Positions 1-8,805 of a stretch of DNA of 64,000 nt are shown here, in pieces. A program made the position numbers and the translations under genes. The notes beneath the pieces are model-generated. The model saw only the letters and a list, made by a program, of their open reading frames with translations. It had not been told where the DNA came from and did no database searches. Within the stretch, counting starts at the first letter, position 1; every line of letters begins with the position of its first letter. This DNA is from Polymyxa betae A26-41. Lineage: Eukaryota; Protista; Endomyxa: Phytomyxea. The stretch covers positions 1-64,000 of the forward strand of contig RBZT01000323.1 of NCBI GenBank assembly GCA_003693705.1. Direction: 5' to 3'.

Positions 1-249
1 ATTTTGGAGTTGATCGGAATCGTTGCGTGGAGGCCGCTCCTCGCCATTCATAGTAGGGAGACGAGGGGACCCGCGCAGTCCGTGACAGTTAGGGCTCTTC
101 CCCTATAGGAATCGTCAGCAGGGGCGCAGCCCTCTGCGCAGCCCCTCAGGAAGGGCCAGTACGACTGCCTGGTGGTCTGCTGGGCGGCTGCGAGTACTGT
201 CATGCTCAATGGGCATGACACAATTGCTGATGCATAAGTCTGTTTGCGA

Positions 250-387
250 TGCCCAGGCCTTGTTTATGGTAAATTTGGTGATCAAACAACAATATATAAA
301 CTAGTCTAACCTGCTTAACTTCAGGCTGCACTGACAGCAAACGATAACTTCCAAACCCCTGGGCGTCCGGGCAAAGTTGCCAAGACC
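250..387. repeat. Dispersed direct repeat, copy 1 (~138 bp; copy 2 at 5914-6052), a minus-strand exon/intron fragment
   Basis: Closely similar to 5914-6052 (shared ttccaaacccctgggcgtccgggcaaagttgccaagacc and caaacaacaatatataaac); both copies keep a minus-strand CAG|GTTAGA..AAG intron-like segment. Confidence 0.85.
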
Positions 388-1879
388 TCTGTGGCTTGAA
401 TCGGAGATTCAACCAAAATAAGAAATAATAAGGAAAAAGTAATCTGTTTATTGCCACGGCATTAATGCTCCTTATATAGAAAAAGGAATGCAAATTCTCG
501 TTTTAGGACCTTCCCAGACTTTATGTAACATAACATGTAACATAACAGTTAAAGTAGGGCGCAATAAGTGTTCGCAATTATTACCGCACTACACACTTCC
601 TTCTCCCAAAAGTTTTCAAAGAATCTAAGGTGGCTGTAGTGAGACTTGAACACATTTTGAAGGGGACCGACCTCCAGTAAAAAAAACATAAGTGGCAAGT
701 TATGGGAAAAGGTCTGCTCCAAGTCACTTGTGCAATCCGGTCATTAGAACCAGCTCCCTGCGCTCAAGCATCTCTGCATTATAAACGTCACACTCACGGC
801 TCATAGGCTCACTTGGAACTTCGACGACGTCATTAGAATCCAATAAAACGGACCGGAATCACCTTAATTCGAATTTCTTTTATGCGAATACAGCTGCAAA
901 ACAATTCTGGTGGATTGGAATGGGATTTTTTTGGAGCGAGAGCGTTTTGATATTTACAAATATTTAAGTGGCAAATTACAATATTGTTTCCTCTCTATGA
1001 TATTTTGGGACATCCACTGCTCGACCAATGGTTTCCAGGTGTCCAAATATCCAGAGCATTAATCACAACAGGTCAGGAAGGGCGTATTTGTAGTTTGTAT
1101 TCTGGGAGCCCAATTTGTTAATGGTGTTAAAAAATCAAGTAAAACTGCGATTATCTCGCTGGGGCAGAATTGGGAAAGAGGCACTTTTTTAATGTTTGTC
1201 TAAACGACATCAAATTTGCTTGTGAATAAAAATGCCACCATGCTCATTCGTTAATGTCATCGACCTCGGCTGGTGTCCTATCAGAAACGGGAAATGCAGC
1301 ATAACTGGCGACTCTAACTGTTAGCGGCGCTTTCAGCCATTGAATACGCATCAATTACTCCAATTGCGACGAATAAAGCGGGCAAATTCCTGTTCGGAAC
1401 GAGCCTGTCGGCACTTGAAACACATTAGGCTGATAGGCTGCTTCTGGAACGTTTATTGGTAATGTTGACACGAAACAATCTACTACTTCATTTTCATTGT
1501 TGCATTGGTTTCTTCTTTCAAGTTTGGGAATATGGTACGGATCCTTTCAAAATTAAACGCTGTGCCTTTTTGATGGCTGAGCGGCATCAAAACCACCTCA
1601 ATGGCCGGGCGATGGAATCATTGTCATCAATTTCTCGAGAACGCCATTCTTATATTTCGGCAGATGAAAATATGATTCTGATAATTTCGAGTAATTATTC
1701 TCGGTGCAAAGGTGGACGGCATGAAGAAATTTGCGACTTCATCAGATCCCACGAAACGGCTTTGCGGCCAATTTGGTCTTATATATAAATAGTTTCTTCG
1801 AAATTCTGTTTAAAGACCTCCCTACCAGCCAATGTTGATAAAAGCTTGAAGCCAATTACAGCTGATGCTGGTTTCCCAA

Positions 1880-3160
1880 CTAAATTATCTTAAGCAGTGA
1901 ATGATAAACCTTGTCGAAATCAGAAACAAACCAAGATCTACCTGGGTGGTATTCGATGGTGGAGCTTGATATTTTCATCGGCTCTTGATCAATGCGCTTG
2001 GCTGAGCCGAAATCCCCTAAATGACCCAAGCCACCTTGGTCTATGAACACGTTACCACTGGTAACGTCACAGTGAGCTAAACCGAGATCGTGCATTTCTA
2101 CGAGCGCACTATGAAGCCGACGCAAATATGAAGCCAAAACCAGATGTGATTGCGCAGGAAGTTGGTCAAGAGATGCGACATAGACGGGCATGATCAGACA
2201 AGCAGACCGCTGTCCCGATTCGAGAAAGGTTTCTTGTAGTGTGCCACTAAAATAAAATGAGAATCCAACGTCTGTTCCGAGAGACGTAAAGTTTGACATG
2301 CATATATTTCCATATCGACCTCCTCTAGACCGGCGAGATTGGACTCTTGTCTACAAATGGAACGCAAAATACAGAAATACAATACGGTTTGCATAGTGAC
2401 TTCAACTAACCGACGGCGTAGGATCTTGACTATTTTAGGCGATCCATCGATCAAACTGGACCCTTTAAGAAGATAAGGGTTGTTCGCAAATGCAAGACCG
2501 TCAAGACTGATTTTTGCAGCTTCAGAAATTCTAACCCTTGTTGCAGTGTGCGGAAGATCCTTGAAATAGTAATACAATGCAGAAGCACGTTCCGGATGGT
2601 CTGCGGTGAGTTCCATTTGTCGGCGTGCACGGATAATGATCTTGTCAAGGACATCGCCAAGTGGTGGGTTGATTTTACATTGGCGCAAAGACTGGATGAA
2701 TCTTGTAATCACTTGAGAATCTATACAATGGAAATATCAGAAAAATACCGTAAAATGTGTTCATAGTGATTGGACCATCAAAAAAGCAATGATAAATCAA
2801 GATAGAAACATGATTCATATAATCACGAAAAAAACAGCTAATATGCCTAATTCAAAAATAATCAATACACGATCAGTATAATCACTCACAAATCCAGAGA
2901 TAATCGTGTGAAATTCTGTGAAGTTTGGCAAACGTACCGGAAGGGGCGGCGGCGGGTGGATGCTGGCCCTTGGTGAGAGTGCACCCATGAATACACGGTT
3001 CGTCGGCATGCGACAGATCCAGAGGAGTCCCAAGCAACTCTTGGCGAGTGTAGCCATTTGACACGACATCGGTTTTGTGATTATGACTAAGCACTGCGAG
3101 GCAAGTCCGAGACATCGCGACTGACGGCAAGTCAAACAAAATCGTAGTGACGTCGCTCAC
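1880..3160 (-). CDS. Divergent Ser/Thr protein kinase (non-RD), multi-exon, possibly pseudogenised
   Basis: IVKIL (subdomain II), LIMPVY, HCDVTSGNVFID and LGDFGS motifs in ORFs 2194-2712 and 1880-2299; a frame change near 2245 needs a weak intron or a 2-nt insertion; both ends uncertain. Confidence 0.7.
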
Positions 3161-4072
3161 AGTATGATCCTGCCATCGCGTACTAATAATCTAAAATGAT
3201 GGAGAGTTCGGATAGCGCATACATCCAAAAAATATCATGATCAGATTACCGTAAACTTATGCTTGGAATGGATATGCGAGTCTGATTGATAGTGGTCTCT
3301 ACAGGACAATATTCAATTATCAAAGGCAACAAAAGATGCGATCTCCAAAATCAGCGCAAATCGCACTCTAGGGTTCCGATCGATACCGGTAGTACCCGAC
3401 TATCGGCGCTCCGGTAGTCTCCCGGTTGGATACCGGTAGATGGGTGGTACCCGACCCGACTACCGACACTACCGGCCTAGGAATAGTGAGTGCTGGAAAA
3501 TCTGCGTGGCGGACTTTGAAATCCTTCTTGTAATCTTGTTTCATACACGGAAGCGAAGGGCTGACGCTCCACTGTGCCCCGTAAATGCACCTTTCCTTTG
3601 CGCCAATCTAAGGATTGAAGTTTTCGATCCTGTCGTGAGTGATTACGAGCCCATAGCGTTGAGTAAAAGCTTCGGCAGTAGCCTTGTGTCCAACGTATTA
3701 TATACCTGATTCAGCATCTGGAACCGAGATTGACCCCAATGATGCTGAATCAGTTCAATGGAAATTGTTCAACAGCCGATAAACCCAAGGTGATTGTTTA
3801 TGATCAGATAAGCAAGACAGGCACAGATGGGACCATCACTTTTGCTTAAATTGGTGATATCATGCACGAAGTTGATAAGTATCTCAGCCTTCCTTGCGAC
3901 GGCACTTAGGTCGATCCAGTCGGGTTTTAGTGAGGTTGGGAAAGATATTCTCTCTATCCAAGGTTCATCGGTCTCAGTGGAGATGATTATGAACTGCGGT
4001 CGTGATTTTATTGGTCTTGACATTCATCGACTCATAAACATGAAACTTTAAGGACCCTGATATTTGGGGAAT

Positions 4073-4172
4073 TGTGGAGCACTGCTTAGTAGGCCCTTGA
4101 CTAATAGCTGTGGAGCTGTTATTGTACCTTGTGGTCAGTTAGTTGCTGTGAAGTCCAGGCGCAGTTTCTACA
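4073..4172 (+). repeat. LTR copy 1 (100 bp, TG...CA)
   Basis: Terminal TGTGGA/TCTACA imperfect inverted repeat; near-identical to copies 2 and 3. Confidence 0.85.
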
Positions 4173-4365
4173 GAATAACAGCTCAAAGGGTCGGGTTCGA
4201 GTCTCCCCTGTATACTGGACGTTTTTGGGTTCACTGGACCGGACCGGCTCACAACTCGTGAAAAGATGCGTGGTTCATCTGAGTTGGGGGTCACCTACTT
4301 AATTCTGCCTGAGGCCTGAGTGCCTGATTCTGGTGAGGAAGGCAGTCACATTCAAGAGAGGGGTG

Positions 4366-4461
4366 TGTGGAGTACTGCTTATCTAGGCCCTGGACTAACA
4401 GCTGTGGAGCTGTTATTGTACCTTTTGGTCAGTTAGTTGCTGTGGTGAAGTCCAGGCGCAG
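4366..4461 (+). repeat. LTR copy 2 (3' end shortened)
   Basis: Preceded by the polypurine tract; lacks the terminal tttctaca, consistent with a deletion between CAG microhomologies; followed by gaata like LTR1. Confidence 0.85.
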
Positions 4462-5448
4462 AATATGCAGCCATCCCTCGTTGAAGTTGAGTTTCCAGGC
4501 TAGGCTGCAGATCGACGTTTTTTTGCGCTGGGGACAGCAACCTCAACTGGTAGCCTCAAAATATCACAGATTCTTTGAAACGGTGCCAGTAAGTCACCGA
4601 AAGGACTTGCCTTGCGGCGATCTCTCGAACAGCATTGGGATCGACACAAGGATTGCGCAATCCTTGCGCCATGAAGCAGGTAAGCGGTCTTCCAGAACCT
4701 GTAGAAATTGCACTCCAATCTACTCGAAAACGCTGACGAGACGATGGCTGGAAATTGCGAACTATTTTATTTCCGGCAATTGTAGAACGTGGACACTACC
4801 CATTGGAAGGTTCCAAACTCCGCAACGGAGAAGCGCCACGGAACTGTGGAACCTAATGCTGGAATGTTCCAACAGAACCTTCCTTCAAAATGTGGTCCCA
4901 CAGTTTCCTGTGCTGATTCCTGCAGTGACCGCGCAGGTAGTCTGGGTTGTCGCATATATAGTAGCATGCCAAGCAAGTGACGTTAATATAGTTGGATATT
5001 TGTTCTCTGGGGAGTCCAATGTGCCAGCTGCAAAATGACGCGCCTTTTCGTTCAGGTACCCGTGTTGACTATGCGCCCGACACCGTAGATCCCAGAGGAC
5101 GATATGAGGATAGTCTTCGTCGTTTTTGAAGATTTACAGGTCGGGAGTCGGTGACAGGTCATACTTCTGTTTGATAGCGTTGATTTCTTCCAATACTTGG
5201 GTGTCTGATTGGTCATCTCGTTTCGGTTTCTTGCAACTCGGAGGCTGGCATCCATCCTCGTCCAATGGAGATTCGTCTTCGTTGGGCGAGATGGGTGTTT
5301 TCCCTTTTCCGTCTTGGAGAAACACGATCGCGTCCGAATTGGCGGAGTCGTACTCGAAACCATTACGTCGAAGTTGACTCTCGTTCTCGTCAGCATCACT
5401 AATCGGTGGGCTTGATCGTAGTCGGCGCCGCGACTCTTTCGAAGCCAT
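4462..5448 (-). pseudogene. Decayed gene fragment: acidic N-terminus plus a C2H2 zinc finger, captured between LTR2 and LTR3
   Basis: ORF 5134-5448 reads on past an in-frame TAA (IFKNDEDYPHIVLW...); after a frameshift, 4910-4975 encodes CLACYYICDNPDYLRGHCRNQH (C-x2-C-x12-H-x4-H); further stops downstream. Confidence 0.6.
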
Positions 5449-5482
5449 TGCTGATGCTCACAATGGTCGTAAATCGGGGTGT

Positions 5483-5586
5483 TGTCGCGAGATCTTGCTT
5501 AAGTAGGCCCTGGACTAACAGCTGTGGAGCTGTTATTGTACCTTTTGGTCAGTTAGTTGCTGTGAAGTCCAGGCGCAGTTTCTACA
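5483..5586 (+). repeat. LTR copy 3 (5' end degenerate)
   Basis: tgcttaagtaggccctggactaacagctgtggagctgttattg...gcagtttctaca; preceded by ggggtg as LTR2 is. Confidence 0.85.
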
Positions 5587-5913
5587 GAGGAATGCGCTTT
5601 AAAGTATTGAAATGACAGAAGAGCTGTTATAATGAAATTTGGGTCTTTTCTGAGCCTTTCTGTCTTTATGTGCTTCGGTAGCCGGTACTACCGGTATCCG
5701 ACCCGAACGGTACCGATCGGAACCCTAAATCGCAGCGAGACAAAGCGTCAGGCTAAGGACTTTTGCAAAAAATATCTGACACGTATGCGTCAAATTTGAA
5801 CTGCTTGATAACGGAAGCGAAAGAAAAACTGTTCGGTCCCTTGATTAAAACGCGACCTGGATTGGCGATTTCCGAGTACGGATATAGCGGGTAGATTGTG
5901 ACAGTCTCATTAC

Positions 5914-6052
5914 TGCCCATGCCTTAGTTCTGATAAAATTTGGAGGTCAAACAACAATATATAAACATGTCTAACCTGTTTAACTTCAAGCTGCACTGAC
6001 AGCAAATGATGACTTCCAAACCCCTGGGCGTCCGGGCAAAGTTGCCAAGACC
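5914..6052. repeat. Dispersed direct repeat, copy 2 (copy 1 at 250-387)
   Basis: Direct comparison with 250-387. Confidence 0.85.
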
Positions 6053-6826
6053 GTTGCGAACAGCGATACTTCAGTCGTATCATTTTCCCAATTATTCCGT
6101 TTTTGCCAAAAGGATAATCATCGGTCCAATCGTGTCTCGAACAAGGCGCCGTTGCCGTAAAAAAAATCTACGCAATCGCATTGCGAGAGTTCAAAAAGTG
6201 CAAGCCTACCTACATGCACATAACTGGTACATTATACAGGTGCTCAGAACTTGGTCATTTTCGAACCGAAACCTGTTATGTACCTTAAGAATCCCAAAGG
6301 GGAGGTGAAATAGAGAACTGAGAAGAAGACCACAGAAGCGAGACGGAAGTGCAGTCTGGAACTACTGTTCTGCAACTCACCGCTCCCATCAGATTCTATT
6401 ATAACACAAAATAAGAATAAAGCATTGCAATACTGTATCATGACTTGAATGGCTATCTGCCGTTTTGCTGTGTCATATATATTGACAGCGTCAGCAAATT
6501 CACGAAACATGTGTGCTGATGGGGATTGGAAGGTCCAGAGCGAATTCATCCGACACTGGCAGGAACATGGAGAGGGTCACTGAGCGCTCTGATGAGCATG
6601 TAAGTGGGTATGTCTCCCAACAATTGACTTGATCGCATACAGATCAGAATAAAAACATGACCAGAAGTGAAGTTTACATCAGGGCTGTTTATAGCGACAT
6701 TTTCGCTCCATCAGACCAGGTAGACAATCCATCAAGATGAAGCTTGTCTCATCGGACAACAGGTGGAAATTAAACAGAGCTAAACAATCAAAAAATATTT
6801 TACAATTATTAACAAACAATAAACGA

Positions 6827-7820
6827 TCACGATTTGGGCGCGAAATACGATCGCAGCGACCGCATCGAGCTCGTATCGGCCTTGATCCGTTTCGCTTTCC
6901 TTCCGGCTGCAGTCGTCGCCGCCTTCGTCTTTTAACACACAATCAGCACCAGTATCACCAGTCTACAAAACTGATCACCTTTTTCAGCGGCTCCGGCGTG
7001 GGCGCCGCCGCAGCCTTGGGCGGGTCCAGTACGTCCGCCGACAGCTGGAACCGGTGCAGCAGCAGCGGCGCCCATTTCTCATCGACATAATCGCAGATGA
7101 TGCCAACCGCTTCAACCAGATAGGAGGTGGCGACGACCCCCTTAACATCGACGACGTCCGCCATCAAGGCGGCCTGGACACGTTCAATCTTGGCCGCCAA
7201 CCAGCTCACGACCTTGTCGTCATTCAGGCGGAACACATCGCCGACGTCCAGCGATCGCCAATCGCAGATGTGCTTCAGATCAAAATGCTCGAACGACGAT
7301 AGCGTTTGTAGAGAGCCTTGATCGTCGTCCAGCTGATCAAGAGGACAGAAACAGCCCGGGGTCTGATCTTGAGTATTTAGTTGATGCTTGAAGAAGCAAA
7401 AACATCAAACTGTTTCTTACGTGTGATTGCAACAAAGGCAGAGCGATCAACAAAGGGTCTATACGAGTAGCTATATACAGTGACCCGTCCTTGAATCAAA
7501 CGGTCAGTATGATAAAAACATGCAAAATAAAGATAAACAAAAAATCCGAAAAATGATGTTTCGAAATTATAAAGCTGTCTGCTTACCGACACGACCTGCT
7601 TGCCAAGAAACCACGACGCCTTTGATTGCTGCATCTGCTGGATTTCAAACAGGGCGCCATCGCAGCGAATGAACGTCGAGCGTCTGCCTGGAAAGAGTTC
7701 AGCGAAGAGTCGGTAGGAGTCGCGGCAAGGCCAGCTACCCGGGCGAGATGGATGCGTCAGCAGGACAATCTTGGCCGATGCCGCATCACGCCCGACGCCA
7801 TCGACGACAATGACGGCCAT
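6827..7820 (-). CDS. RNASEH2B: Ribonuclease H2 subunit B (multi-exon)
   Basis: LLTHP, LFEIQ, SWFLGKQVVS(D)GSLYIATRIDPLL, FRLNDDKVVSWLAAK; C-terminal PIP box MRSLRSYF. Confidence 0.88.
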
Positions 7821-7920
7821 GACGACCTCTCCGAGACCGCTGTCTTTGTGTTATGAGATTGGCTCGCAGTCTTGCAAGAGGGCGCCGCAACAACTCAATG
7901 AAACGTGACGAGCTCCTCTC

Positions 7921-8290
7921 ATTTCATACAAATCCAGGAGGCTGCTGTATCATGGCCCTGGGTGAGATTCATCAAGTGATAGTCGATGGAAGAGAGGTCC
8001 AAAACCCTAAAACCCTGGAACTTGGTTTTAAGAGTCTCTCTGTCAGTAATTAACCCGTTCGTAGGTGTGTTGGATTCCCTGCTTGTTCTGTACCTAGATA
8101 GCCATGACTACTCAGCCCCTAATGGGATCGTACGCGGTCCACGTTTCGCCTATGGAAATTGAGCCTTCCTGGATATTAGCAGGCCCCCGCTGCAGCCCAT
8201 CGCCGTTACGGTCATCCTGGACCTATTGCACGAGGCGTGCTCTCGTCACGCGAGCTACCGAGACTACGTGACCTTGCTCTCTTTGTTTGA
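7921..8290 (+). ncRNA. Candidate structured ncRNA, possibly telomerase RNA (template-like AAAACCCUAAAACCCU at 8001-8016)
   Basis: Intergenic; two copies of the TTTTAGGG complement; long-range helices 7932-7939/8167-8174 and 7940-7963/8092-8117; hairpin 5' of the motif; 3' hairpins 8210-8272; pseudoknot not identified. Confidence 0.35.
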
Positions 8291-8551
8291 TACATTTCAT
8301 TCCATTTGTTCTCTTTATTGCTGTGTACCAACAATATCCATCCTATTGAATTACATTGATCACCGCGCTTTTCGACTTCCTTCACTGTGAGATAAACTTT
8401 TTTTCACGTACTGGGCAGCTTGCAAGGCTTTCACAAGGAAAAACTGCACATACTCTTTTCAGGATCTGCAAAAGATCGTTCCAGTGGCGTTGAAAAGTTC
8501 CCGATCAAGTCGGGAAAGCCGTGAAGACGTATCGAATCACCGCCGCATTCC

Positions 8552-8714
8552 AGTGCGAATTTGAAATGCGACCTAAATTTTCTGAAGAAAAAATGCCGCT
8601 CAGTCAAAAACTATATTCGCACTTTATCTGAAACCGATTTGAAACAATGTAACCTGGCTGGAAGTACTTTTAATGAGCGGCATTTTCAAAAAGTGCTTCA
8701 AAATGAATCGCACT
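8552..8714. repeat. Imperfect inverted repeat (MITE-like relic or palindromic promoter element)
   Basis: Perfect 13-bp IR AAAATGCCGCTCA (8590-8602)/TGAGCGGCATTTT (8674-8686), nested in AGTGCGA (8552)/TCGCACT (8708-8714). Confidence 0.5.
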
Positions 8715-8805
8715 CTATCATTTAGCACACCCAAGTTTGGGGGTGAATGACAGGCGCACTTTTTTTATATGCTGCTTATAGAAAGTGCTTCCAGCCCAAG
8801 GCATA

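Larger units (their letters stand above)
4073..5586 (+). mobile_element. Miniature tandem LTR retroelement (TRIM-like), three ~100-bp LTRs, putative self-priming PBS
   Basis: LTR1 4073-4172 (TGTGGA...TCTACA); PBS-position AATAACAGCTC 4174-4184; PPT AAGAGAGGGG 4354-4363; LTR2 4366-4461; LTR3 ~5483-5586; GGAAT at 4068-4072 and 5589-5593. Confidence 0.8.
3369..5727. mobile_element. Non-autonomous hAT-like DNA transposon (~2.36 kb)
   Basis: 20-bp TIR TAGGGTTCCGATCG(A/G)TACCG with 1 mismatch; subterminal TACCG/CGGTA and ACCCGA repeats at both ends; 8-bp direct repeat AAATCGCA at 3358-3365 and 5727-5734 (slightly offset TSD); no intact transposase. Confidence 0.8.

Noticed and set aside
206-493. 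GNAT-like (QGLGIANRLM) or EEP-like (ADHQAV) motifs in the duplicated fragment
   Set aside because: Motifs fall in different frames, are short and are not preserved in the second copy
628-680. tRNA-like fragment on the minus strand (GTTCAAGTC)
   Set aside because: No cloverleaf and no matching acceptor stem
4367-5038. 223-aa plus-strand ORF
   Set aside because: Starts inside LTR2 and is antisense to the decayed zinc-finger gene; no motifs
4073-5586. Three structured ~100-bp repeats read as a CRISPR array, ribozyme or Fanzor omega-RNA
   Set aside because: Spacing is irregular (about 190 and 1020 bp), there is no hammerhead or twister core and no RuvC ORF; TG..CA ends, a PPT and a PBS explain them as LTRs
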